From: a virus
Reading direction: 5' to 3' (one strand)
IMG/VR virus record: IMGVR_UViG_3300028025_004808
Span: 6,179 to 70,178 of that record
Length of the DNA: 64,000 nucleotides
Shown: piece by piece, positions 1-9,200 of the stretch
How the letters are laid out: every line of letters begins with the position of its first letter
Position numbering within the stretch: the stretch's first letter is position 1
Notes under the pieces: model-generated
The model's database searches: none
Told to the model about the DNA's origin: nothing
Seen by the model: only the letters and a program-made list of their open reading frames with translations
Program-made: the position numbers and the translations under genes

Positions 1-1
1 A

Positions 2-1567
2 TTTGACAACAAGGGTGCAGAGAAAGACTTCACTATCTATGAGCCAACAAAGCCCGTAGTTACTGAGGTTATTGACGACAGCCGTGAAGGCTGGGTTGCT
101 TCACTTATTTCTATTATTAACTCATACTTAAAAGCAGACCAGAGTCCTGTTGAGTTTGACTACTCACTCATCCGCCCTGCTGGAACACCAATCAAAACAT
201 TCGGTGGTACTGCTGCTGGACATGCTTCTCTTGAGCGTTTGCACAAACACATTCGCTCAATGTTTAAGGGTCGTAACGGCGAAAAGTTGACACGTGTAGA
301 CATTGCTGATATTGGAAACATGATTGGTGTTTGCGTTGTTTCTGGAAATGTTCGTCGTTCTGCTGAACTTCTCATCGGCAGTCTTGAAGATGAGCAATTC
401 TTAAACCTGAAGAACTCTGCAGTATTCCCTGAGCGTAACTCTTATGACCCAGATGCTCCAGGTTGGGGATGGATGTCAAATAACTCTGTAGAAACATCTG
501 TTGGCAGAGACCTTTCTGGAATTGTTGAAGGAATTGCATTAAATGGAGAGCCAGGAGTTATTTGGCTTGACATGTCTCGCAAGTACGGTCGTTTAATTGA
601 CCCACCAAACAACAAAGACTGGCGTGTTGCTGGATACAACCCATGCGCAGAGCAGTCTCTTGAGTCATACGAATGTTGCACTCTTGTTGAGACTTACTTG
701 AACCGTCATGATTCTTTGGATGATTATAAGCGCACTCTCAAGTTTGCTTATCTGTATGCAAAGACAGTAACGCTTCTCCCAACTCACTGGGAAGAAACAA
801 ACGCAATCATGCAGCGCAACCGCCGTATTGGAACATCAATGTCTGGTGTTGCCAACTTTGCTGACAATGTAGGAATGCCAGTTCTTCGTGAATGGATGGA
901 TACTGGTTATAATACAGTTAAGGCGTACGATGTTTCGTACTCTGAGTGGCTTGGAATTCGTGAGTCAATCAAGATGACTACCGTTAAGCCTTCTGGAACT
1001 GTTTCAATTCTTGCTGGCGAGTCTCCTGGAGTTCACTGGACACCAGGCGGAAAGTTCTTTAACCGTGCAATCCGCTTTGCTAACGATGACCCAATGCTTC
1101 CATTGTTTACGATGGCAAATTATCGTGTTGAGCCAGCATCGGAATCTCCAGAAACAACTTCTGTTGTATTCTTCCCAATTGAATCAGATGCTGTTCGTTC
1201 TGAAAACGATGTAACTATCTTTGAAAAGATGTCACTAGCAGCCGCTGCTCAACGTTACTGGTCCGATAACTCGGTATCAGTTACAATTTCTTTTGATGCA
1301 GAAAAAGAAAAGGAACATGTGGGCACTGTACTCCATATGTATGACGGTCAACTTAAGACTGTTTCGTTCCTACCTCAAGGTAACTTCACTTATCCGCAGA
1401 TGCCGTATACGCAGATAACGGAAGAAGAGTACACAGAAGCCACAAAGGACCTTTTCCCCATTGATTTCTCTGGTGTTTACGCAGGCATGGCCGCTGATGC
1501 AATCGGCGAGTCTTATTGCACAACTGACTCCTGCGAAATTAAATTAATTAAGGACAATCAGGGATAA
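2..1567 (+). CDS. nrdJ: Class II (adenosylcobalamin-dependent) ribonucleotide reductase, 5'-truncated by window edge
   Basis: Frame is open from base 2 (FDNKGAEKDF...DDSREGW...IRPAGTPIKTFGG). Motifs: GNVRRSA, NPCAEQSLE (catalytic N/C/E), TTVKPSGTVS, C-terminal CTTDSC. Confidence 0.95.
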   Translation, partial: FDNKGAEKDFTIYEPTKPVVTEVIDDSREGWVASLISIINSYLKADQSPVEFDYSLIRPAGTPIKTFGGTAAGHASLERLHKHIRSMFKGRNGEKLTRVDIADIGNMIGVCVVSGNVRRSAELLIGSLEDEQFLNLKNSAVFPERNSYDPDAPGWGWMSNNSVETSVGRDLSGIVEGIALNGEPGVIWLDMSRKYGRLIDPPNNKDWRVAGYNPCAEQSLESYECCTLVETYLNRHDSLDDYKRTLKFAYLYAKTVTLLPTHWEETNAIMQRNRRIGTSMSGVANFADNVGMPVLREWMDTGYNTVKAYDVSYSEWLGIRESIKMTTVKPSGTVSILAGESPGVHWTPGGKFFNRAIRFANDDPMLPLFTMANYRVEPASESPETTSVVFFPIESDAVRSENDVTIFEKMSLAAAAQRYWSDNSVSVTISFDAEKEKEHVGTVLHMYDGQLKTVSFLPQGNFTYPQMPYTQITEEEYTEATKDLFPIDFSGVYAGMAADAIGESYCTTDSCEIKLIKDNQG

Positions 1568-1599
1568 TTACGCACATGGGGGTACCCATGATGTATCAT
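1568..1599 (+). promoter_or_regulatory. Putative promoter of the 128-aa gene: TTACGC-N20-TATCAT with spacer palindrome CATGGG-GGTA-CCCATG (1575-1590)
   Basis: Intergenic motif with the same architecture as elements at 5989, 29526 and 44249. Confidence 0.35.
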
Positions 1600-1647
1600 T
1601 TACAAAGAGCGCCGCGAGGCACAATCACTTCCCCATAGGAGACAAAA

Positions 1648-2034
1648 ATGTCAGCAATCATTGCACCACAAACCATTACCCTCACCATTCCAGGAACGCT
1701 TAGCACCAGCAGCATCGTTTCGGCAGCGATGCCTTTCAAGGGTGTCATTGTTGACGCTTATGTCGCTGTTACCACTGCTCCAGTCGGTTCTGCTTTGACC
1801 GCAGACCTCAAGGTTGGTAGTGATGTAGCAGCAGCGTTTTCAATTGCAGCCGCTGGAACATCGGACCAGGGAACCCTTACCGCGGCAAATGTTGACTTTG
1901 CTAAGGGCGACATTGTGAGCCTTGATGTATCGGCAGTTGGCTCAAGCACCGCAGGCGCAAACATGACCGTCACATTTGTTGTTGCTGAAGTTTCAGAAGC
2001 AACCCACATCACGGCTGTGGGCGTAAACGACTAA
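1648..2034 (+). CDS. Small beta-rich putative virion structural (capsid decoration/spike-like) protein
   Basis: AGGAGA RBS. Ala/Thr/Val/Ser-rich, alternating beta-strand pattern. Has its own terminator. Function inferred from composition only. Confidence 0.55.
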   Translation: MSAIIAPQTITLTIPGTLSTSSIVSAAMPFKGVIVDAYVAVTTAPVGSALTADLKVGSDVAAAFSIAAAGTSDQGTLTAANVDFAKGDIVSLDVSAVGSSTAGANMTVTFVVAEVSEATHITAVGVND

Positions 2035-2055
2035 TACTTACCTCCTAAGTAATTA

Positions 2056-2094
2056 CAAAACCCCCGCTCCGTACAAATAGGAGCGGGGGTTTTG
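2056..2094. terminator. Bidirectional intrinsic terminator between convergent genes
   Basis: CAAAA-CCCCCGCTCC-9 nt loop-GGAGCGGGGG-TTTTG perfect inverted repeat with T-tracts in both directions. Confidence 0.9.
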
Positions 2095-2130
2095 CTATCC
2101 CAAGGTAGCGGGAAATCTAGCCTTTTTTGA

Positions 2131-2484
2131 TTAAAGAGCGTATGGTTTTACATTGACTACATTGTCTGGGATTGCAGCAAATCTGCACTTTCCGTTTGGT
2201 TCAACTGGGTTGGCAACAATCTTGCACGAAGAACCGCCCTCGTAAAGAATGCAGTTTGAGCATTTAACTCCGATATTTGCTACATCGTTCTGCCAAGCAT
2301 CTTCATACCCAGACCAAATACCAGTGTAGTCTTTGTTAAATTTCCCATATTTGTTGGCTATCGCCACAAGGGCTGTGGCAAGTTCTCTTTCTTCATCAGT
2401 CACGAAAGGTTCTTTTTTTGGCTCGTTTTCAACCCTTATTGGAGCACCGCCAATAATTAGTTTTATTATTTCTTCACCGTTCAT
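2131..2484 (-). CDS. Hypothetical protein with C-terminal HiPIP-like four-cysteine domain
   Basis: KCSNCILYEGGSSCKIVANPVEPNGKCRF matches the HiPIP spacing C-x2-C...C...V-x-P-x-G-x-C. Confidence 0.6.
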   Translation of the reverse strand: MNGEEIIKLIIGGAPIRVENEPKKEPFVTDEERELATALVAIANKYGKFNKDYTGIWSGYEDAWQNDVANIGVKCSNCILYEGGSSCKIVANPVEPNGKCRFAAIPDNVVNVKPYAL

Positions 2485-2486
2485 AA

Positions 2487-3278
2487 TTATTTTTTCTTCT
2501 TCTTGGAGTTCTCGTACCTATCAAGCATTCTTCTGCCCTTAGCGGCGAGTCTTGCGGCATCTGATGCGTCCTGAGGCACTGGTTCGCCCCATGCTGCGGC
2601 TGATAGGGCAAGACGGGTAGGACGACCCTTTTCGTCTTTCATGGGCCCAGAAGGGTTTGTGAAGAATCTGGTAAGGAATGAGCCTTTACGACGCAACTTC
2701 TCGGGAGTGTTGGCTGCACCCATGACTCCAGGTTTAAGGTTTGCGCCTTCTGTTCTTTTAAAGAACTTGCGACCTGCGGCTGTAAGTCCACCTTTAGGGT
2801 CTTTTAGTCGTGCGCTTTTGGTTTCAACAGGAACACAGTTAGGGACCATTTTCCCTCTTTTCCCCATTTTCGTTCCAACCTGTTTGTAGCCCTGCCAGCA
2901 TGGGCCACCTTTTTCAAGAAGCCATTCTTGTCTTGCGTGAAATCTTGTTACCTGTTCGTTGATTGACTTTTTCTGGAGCGGTTCTCCACTATAAGAAACA
3001 GCCAGCCATTTAACTTGGGCTATTTGTCCTGCTGGTGTTGAATCTTCAAAATGTCTTCTAATCCAAGATTCTCTTAGTTCAAGAATTTCAACTTCTTCAG
3101 GCGTTTCTGCAACCCCACCATTTTCATAAATGGACATCAGAACTTCATTGACATAGTCGCCTTTTGAGCCTCCACCTATAGACCAGAGTTCTGGATAATT
3201 GCTCTTTAATTGCTTTGCATATTCAGGGTCAAAAACCTGCCACTGACTGTCTGAAAAGGAGATTATTGTCTCATCCAT
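2487..3278 (-). CDS. Modular phage head-region protein (CWxGY...VPNCVP motif; C-terminal DUF6321-like domain)
   Basis: GPCWQGYKQVGTKMGKRGKMVPNCVP, then ETK|S, then KDPKGGLTAAGRK...RRKGSFLTRF...GPMKDEKGRPTRLALSAAAWG. ATG at 3278 follows a GGGGA RBS. Confidence 0.65.
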   Translation of the reverse strand: MDETIISFSDSQWQVFDPEYAKQLKSNYPELWSIGGGSKGDYVNEVLMSIYENGGVAETPEEVEILELRESWIRRHFEDSTPAGQIAQVKWLAVSYSGEPLQKKSINEQVTRFHARQEWLLEKGGPCWQGYKQVGTKMGKRGKMVPNCVPVETKSARLKDPKGGLTAAGRKFFKRTEGANLKPGVMGAANTPEKLRRKGSFLTRFFTNPSGPMKDEKGRPTRLALSAAAWGEPVPQDASDAARLAAKGRRMLDRYENSKKKKK

Positions 3279-3522
3279 TTGATTTCCCCATAAGAGCATT
3301 CATTTCGTTCTTCATTCTCATACCTTCTGGCGTATTAGGGTCAAGGTCTGGTCTGTCTTCGCCAAAAACTGCTTTGTAGGCTTCACGCAAAGGAGCATCT
3401 CCACCAAGTGTTGATGCAAGGACTTGAAAGTCTGTTATTTTTTGGGCAAAAGCATCAATGGCTTTTTTTGACTTATTAATTGCTTCTTCTTCAGGACTGC
3501 CTGGCTCTGCATCGTGAAGCAT
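3271..3522 (-). CDS. Hypothetical protein (83 aa)
   Basis: Start and stop overlap the neighbouring genes in the operon. Confidence 0.6.
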   Translation of the reverse strand: MLHDAEPGSPEEEAINKSKKAIDAFAQKITDFQVLASTLGGDAPLREAYKAVFGEDRPDLDPNTPEGMRMKNEMNALMGKSNG

Positions 3523-3716
3523 TAGATGTCACGCTCTCTCTGCTTCTCGGCTACGACCCAAGGATTCTGGGGGTTAGCACCAGGATTTGAATTTTTTGAA
3601 CGCTCAAGAAACTCTTCAAACTCTTCATCATTGAATCCGTGTGGTTTTAATTGAGATTCATAAAATCTAAGAAATTCTTTCTTTGATTTCAATGTTTCGT
3701 CATTCGGGGTCGTCAT
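3522..3716 (-). CDS. Hypothetical protein (64 aa)
   Basis: AAGGA RBS. TAATG stop/start coupling with the next gene. Confidence 0.6.
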   Translation of the reverse strand: MTTPNDETLKSKKEFLRFYESQLKPHGFNDEEFEEFLERSKNSNPGANPQNPWVVAEKQRERDI

Positions 3717-3864
3717 ATTGGTCCTTGCCTGTTGTCTTCTTTTTGAGTGGCAATTTTATGCCATTATCTAGTGCCCAGTCTTCAAACTCTTCAGGAACAC
3801 CGCGCGAGTTTTTAGCATACTTAGCATACTTCTCAAAATGGTCGTCATTTTCTCTTTTAGACAT
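3700..3864 (-). CDS. Hypothetical protein (54 aa, below ORF-track cutoff)
   Basis: Translated by hand: MSKRENDDHFEKYAKYAKNSRGVPEEFEDWALDNGIKLPLKKKTTGKDQYDDPE*. Fills the gap in the minus-strand run. Confidence 0.5.
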   Translation of the reverse strand: MSKRENDDHFEKYAKYAKNSRGVPEEFEDWALDNGIKLPLKKKTTGKDQYDDPE

Positions 3865-3929
3865 CGCTATAGCCAATACCTGTTCATAGTACCAGTTTAG
3901 TATAAAAATATAAGACCTCTAAGAACTCC

Positions 3930-4490
3930 CTAAATTGCGTCTATTATTAAATGGACCCTATCTTGGCTGCTGTTGTTTGTAACACTGTGACTCTTTCCTA
4001 CGTTGTCTACAATCCATATTTCGCCAGGCTTTAAGTTCTTGGATTCATTGTCAACAGTAAATATGCAATTTTCGTTAGTTATTATCGGAACATGTATTCT
4101 GTGAGTTTCACTGTGCATTTTCGCAGTTACCGGATTGCCGACATCCCTGTGCTTGGGGATACTGGTGTGTGCCCTAAGCCTTGTCAGCATTGCTTGTTGA
4201 ATTTTTACCTTCCCAATTTTGTCTAGTGTGGCAAGAACAACTTCGTCTAGATAATTGCTAAATTTTTCATAATGTTTGTGCAGCACATCTGAGTTTAGTT
4301 TTTGATTTACGTCGTAAACCAAAGGAATAGTGTCAGTGTTCCCTCCGGCAGCACCGCCAATCTTTTTGCGTTCTAGATATTCAAGCCAGTCTTCTGGAGT
4401 CAATGACAGTACTTCACTAAGAAGGTTGTCAAATGATTGCATGTCTCCAATAAATTGAAACGATTCATTTTCTTTCATAACTTTTCCCAT
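3930..4490 (-). CDS. Aspartyl/asparaginyl beta-hydroxylase-family 2OG-Fe(II) oxygenase
   Basis: IPKHRD (HxD), HRIHVPIITN, LKPGEIW, HSVTN...DRVHLIID. Start uncertain (4490 or 4478). Confidence 0.85.
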   Translation of the reverse strand: MGKVMKENESFQFIGDMQSFDNLLSEVLSLTPEDWLEYLERKKIGGAAGGNTDTIPLVYDVNQKLNSDVLHKHYEKFSNYLDEVVLATLDKIGKVKIQQAMLTRLRAHTSIPKHRDVGNPVTAKMHSETHRIHVPIITNENCIFTVDNESKNLKPGEIWIVDNVGKSHSVTNNSSQDRVHLIIDAI

Positions 4491-4496
4491 ATATAG

Positions 4497-4537
4497 CAAA
4501 AACCCCGCCCGTACCGTTTAAAGGCACAGGCGGGGTT
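4497..4537 (-). terminator. Intrinsic terminator after the major capsid gene
   Basis: AACCCCGCC...GGCGGGGTT stem followed by a T-run on the minus strand, 13 nt after the MCP stop. Confidence 0.85.
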
Positions 4538-4549
4538 CCGCTATGTTAG

Positions 4550-5911
4550 TTATTCTCCGGTAGGAGCGTTGTCAAAGTCAACCTTGACGAAAGACTCTGG
4601 ACGCTTCACAGCAAGTGCCAGGCGCTGCTCTGCGAGCACCACGATGGCGTTGCGGACGAAGAAGTCAGAGTGCTGTTCCGAGATACGGATTGAAGCCTGC
4701 TCACGGTCGTACAACTGAGCGCCTGTACCGAATGCGCCGACAAGTGCGGTGCCTTCTGGAATTGCAGGAGTCTCAACGACTGGCAAACGCCAAACCTTTG
4801 GCTCGCCACCCATTGCGACAGAAACTGCCACGAGGTACTGGCCATTGCCATCCTTGGTCAACTCAATGTCTTCCCAATCGTTCGGGTGAAGAACGACACC
4901 AGATGGTTCGTAGTAAGCGAGGAAGGACAAGGTTGCGGCACGACGAATCGCATCTGCCTTGGTGTCCGACATTCCTGGTGTTGCTGAGTAAGCACCATCA
5001 GACCATGCGTATTCCTGGATACCAGCGGTATTGAGAACACCAGTAAGGTTTTCGCCACTGCCGTCGCCATTGAGGATTTGTGCATCTTCTTGAAGACGGA
5101 GACCGTACATCAATTCGTTGTCGATGATTGAACGCAACTGTGGCTCGTCTGCAAGCACGTTACGGTGTGCTGCTTCCCAGTGAGCAATGGTGCGTACTGG
5201 AGCCTGGTGGCCTTCAAAAACCATCGATGACTGTGGCTTAGCAGCGAAACCGGTGTTTCCGCTGTTGCGCTCAGCAACTGTACCTGCGTTGTTTGTTCCG
5301 CCTCCTGTTGCGGTGAAACCGAGCATACGGAAGTATTCAATAACTGCAGCAGTTGTGGTGCGGCTTGGGAACAAGTCACGAACGCGCTTTACACGCTGTG
5401 GCGACATGACCATTGGGTCACGCTGGATTGAACCGAACTGAGCATCTGCACCACGGCCCAATGTGCCTGATGGAAGTGCTGAGTAAACGTCCTTAACGCC
5501 GTATGCGCCATGAGTTGTGAGTGATGCTCCGAGTTGGAATGGAGAAGGCATGTTTGCGCCATTCTTTCCACCCTGAAGTGTCTTGAACTCTGGTGAGTTG
5601 AGGAACAAGTCACCGATTGAGTAAGAAGAACCGAGGCTCTTTACACTGTAACCTGCGGCAGCAGCGGTTGCGATTGACTCAACCGAAGCCTGTGAACCCC
5701 ACTGGTCTACTGTGTTCATTGCCTCAAGACCCTCAATGAGGCCCTTAAGTTCTTTGATATCGGTCATGTTCTTGTCGAACGCACTCTTTTGCTGAGAAGA
5801 AACAACAACGGTTCCGTCCTCAATCTTGAATGAGTCTGCAATTGCCTTGTTGTCGGCCATCTTGGCGCGAAGTGCTGATTGCAATTCTGAAAGTCTTGCT
5901 TGGTCTGACAT
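4550..5911 (-). CDS. HK97-fold major capsid protein with N-terminal delta (scaffold) domain
   Basis: VRTIAHW, LADEPQLRSIIDNELMYGL, QILNGDGSGENLTG, HPNDW, FVRNAIVVLAEQRLALAVKRPESF. Helical N-terminus ends at VK|SLG (K91). CAGGAGA RBS. Confidence 0.96.
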   Translation of the reverse strand: MSDQARLSELQSALRAKMADNKAIADSFKIEDGTVVVSSQQKSAFDKNMTDIKELKGLIEGLEAMNTVDQWGSQASVESIATAAAAGYSVKSLGSSYSIGDLFLNSPEFKTLQGGKNGANMPSPFQLGASLTTHGAYGVKDVYSALPSGTLGRGADAQFGSIQRDPMVMSPQRVKRVRDLFPSRTTTAAVIEYFRMLGFTATGGGTNNAGTVAERNSGNTGFAAKPQSSMVFEGHQAPVRTIAHWEAAHRNVLADEPQLRSIIDNELMYGLRLQEDAQILNGDGSGENLTGVLNTAGIQEYAWSDGAYSATPGMSDTKADAIRRAATLSFLAYYEPSGVVLHPNDWEDIELTKDGNGQYLVAVSVAMGGEPKVWRLPVVETPAIPEGTALVGAFGTGAQLYDREQASIRISEQHSDFFVRNAIVVLAEQRLALAVKRPESFVKVDFDNAPTGE

Positions 5912-5988
5912 TTTGTCTCCTGATTAGAATTGGATTGTTTTTTGGATATTCAAACGGCCCAGGTAAGCACCAAGCCCTGTATTAGAAA

Positions 5989-6023
5989 ATATTAACCCCT
6001 CTTGACTACCTGGTAGTGCAAGT
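5989..6023 (-). promoter_or_regulatory. Putative late promoter: ACTTGCACT-N19-TTAATAT with palindrome ACTACC-T-GGTAGT (6005-6017)
   Basis: The same 9-mer and identical spacing recur upstream of the prohead protease gene (29526-29560). Confidence 0.55.
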
Positions 6024-6030
6024 ATTGCAA

Positions 6031-6279
6031 TTATTCCGAAGGTTTCTGCAATTTGGAAATTGACGGACCAAAAAGTTTTTCAATCTTTTTATCCAACTTG
6101 TTGTCAACTAAACCGTATAAATCTTCAATTAAATCATTAATAGTTGGCTTAATTTCTTCTAAATCTTCGGCTTTTTCATCTTCGCCCGTAGCCCTTAAAA
6201 CAGCAATAAAGCGTTCAAGTTCGTCAATCTTTATTTTTTTTATTTCGGAAGGCGTTGCTTTTGAATTTAAAGATGTCAT
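6031..6279 (-). CDS. Small helical charged protein (candidate immunity protein/partner of the 1283-aa protein)
   Basis: ATGA overlap with the upstream stop. GAGGA RBS. Function inferred from position only. Confidence 0.6.
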   Translation of the reverse strand: MTSLNSKATPSEIKKIKIDELERFIAVLRATGEDEKAEDLEEIKPTINDLIEDLYGLVDNKLDKKIEKLFGPSISKLQKPSE

Positions 6280-9200
6280 CTGTTCCTCAAAACTTTAATT
6301 TCTATTCCAGGATAAGCAACTCTAATAATATTTAACCACTGAGACCTACTCATTGACGGGAATAAGTCTTCAAGCAAATCAATGGTTGACTCGTCTATCT
6401 CTGCAATGTTGTTATTAGGTGCTGCTCTTTCTGCTGGAGTTGATGTAATCATTCTTCCAACTTCTGCTATGAGTTCATGAACACCATATCTGGCATACTC
6501 AGAATATTTTTGTGCAATTTTATCAAGGATTCCACCTCTATCCCTGAGTATTTCTGAAATCATATCATCTCCGAACAAGAGTTCGTCTATTAGGGGCTCT
6601 AGATTTTTTATAAACTCTTCTCTATTTTCTTGCAATTGTTTAGTTATCTCATCTATTGCTGTTTTTCTTACTTTTGCATCGCTCAAGCCAGGATTATTTT
6701 TTTTGACTAGTTGCTGTACGGCGCTCAAAACTTTTTCTTCTAAATATTTAGGCATATCTTTGTCTTCAAAAATTTTTCTGACAACTGACTCTGGGTCTTG
6801 CACTAAGTCTGTCAAGCCTTGAAGGTAAGTATCAACTCTTGTTTCAAATGTTTTTTGGTCAGAGCCCATCAATAGCGCATCTAAATAGTGGAACCATTCG
6901 TGTCTTAATGTTTGGTTAACGGTATCAAATTTTTTGTTTTCAAAAGTTGAGCCTATTGCTTCGTGACTACCGCTCTTTACATGGTCTTTACTTACTACAA
7001 TTAGAGCGCCAAACGGAGTGTGATAAGCAGAAACGCCTTCCATTGGATTGCCATCCGTCATGCCATTTCCGTTAATGAACATTGGAAGCCCAAACTCTTC
7101 AACAAGTTGTCTAAATGCTTCGTTATTTGTTAGTTCGTCTTCTAAAACTTTTCTTAAGTTCTTTTGTTCTCGTGGGTCATATTTGGCATTTTTTAATAAA
7201 GTTTTTAAATAAACTTCCGAGTTTTCTCTATCAGAAATTATTGAATACTTCAAAGCAGGTATTGTTTCAAAAAGTCTTAAAATAAAATCATCATCTGTTT
7301 CTGATTGCGATTTAATCGGAACAAAATTATTTACTACTTTTCTAATACCTTCCGGTGTATCAAGTTGACCTTTTAGTGAAAAATTAGGTATTTCAAGCGG
7401 TCTTCTTGGACCTTCTTTTCTACCAATACCCTCTGTCGGTAAGTATCTCATTCCACTAGATACTTTTGCAAGTTTTTTTATTACATAATTAAGTGAGTTT
7501 TTAGGAGAACCGTCTTGTCTTTTATTAAGTCTGTCACTTAGTTTTGCGATGAAAGCAACTACGCGGGCTTCTATCTTTTTGTCAATGTCTTCTATTTCGG
7601 ATATAGATGTTTTAGCGCCTGTTCCTGGAGTTTTGCCAAACGGGCTAGACGAACCAATGGCACCTGGATTAGCAGGTGGAAGCGCCCCAGGAATTCCAGG
7701 AGGCGGAACTGCTGCTCCAGGGATTCCAGGTGGAGGAACTGGTCCTGGAGTTACAGGCTGAGGTTGTATTGGTGATGGCTTGTTTTGCGGTTTATTTTGT
7801 GGTGGCGTATATCTTCCACCTTTTTTAGGCTTTGAACTAGAAGCAAGACCCATGAACTCGTCTGATTCTTTTAATGCTTCACGTTCTCCATCGGAAAGAG
7901 TATTTCCTTCTCTTGGCTTAGGAGATAGTTTGTTTCCATTCATAAACTCATCAAGTTTTGTTTGGTCCAAGATGTCAAGTTTTCCATCTTTAAAAGATGC
8001 AATCAGTCTTGGTGGCTTGCCTTGTTCTACATTGTTGTCCCATATATAGAACTCATCTACTTCGCCATTTGATACAGCATCAGAAACCATTCGCGGAATA
8101 GAGCGAGCAAAGTGCCCTGTCTGGTCTGGAATCTTTCTTCCATCTCTTTGTTGGCGTTCTTTGATTCTCTTTGATGCTTCTTCTGCGGGAACATGCACCC
8201 AGTGGGCAACAACCCTGTCTCCGTTTTGTCTAGCCTGAGCAATTATTGCTCGCTGTCTTGTTGAGCCAGCGCCAGTAGCAACAAGGTCCATGCCTTCTTT
8301 GCGTGCGTCATCCATTGTTCTTTGAGCAGACCGAAGCGATTCGTCATGAACCATTGGAGCACCAGCACCATCGTTGTATCCAGTTAATCCAAGTTTAATA
8401 AAATCTGGGTCAACATGGGCTGCTTCGTTTCTGCTGGGGACAATTCCCTGAACAACAAGATGTTCGTCAAGAACTGTTGATTTGCCACCACCAGTAGTTC
8501 CGCCTACTAGATAAGTAGTTCTCTGTTTTTTGTTTTTGTTTGAAGGCTTTACCAATCCTCTGATGATTTCACCCATCTTGCGCCCACCAAGGTTTCTAAA
8601 TGGGTTTGTCTCAGATGCGTCTGGGTTCTCAAGACCTTCAATTTTGATTGGCTCTGCTTTTATCGGTTTTGAAACAGAAGCAAACCCGCGCGCACTTCTA
8701 GAAGAGGCACCAAAGTTTTCTATTGGAGTACCAGTAAGTTTTTCGCGTTGCTTTGGCGTTGTTGCGTCAAACCATTTTCCTACAGACGAAACAGAAAGAG
8801 TAGAGATGGGTTTTTCAACATCTTGAGGCTTTGGAACACCGGGAACATTTGGTCTTTCAAAAGCGCTTCCGTCTTGAAGCAAGCCATCTCCGTCACCGTC
8901 TTCTGCTCTAGGGTCAAATCTTTGAGTGATTGTTCTTGCAGAAAATCTTGATACGCCAGATATTTTTGGACCAATCGCTTTACCGATTATTTCCTCTACA
9001 AGACTCTTTTTTCTTTTCTTTAATTCATTTGAAAGAATAGTTCTAACTACTTTTTGAGTTCTTTTTTCTTGATTGTTTCTGCCAAGTGCAGTCATACCAG
9101 TCAGGTTGTTGTAATCAGTAAGATTTGTACATGGCATCCATACAGTTTTTCCTGATTTAGAAACTCTTCTACTGATTCCGATACATCCAAGTTGTTGTGC

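Noticed and set aside
239-241. TTG start for the reductase given in the ORF track
   Set aside because: The frame is open with RNR-like sequence back to base 2, so the true start is outside the window.
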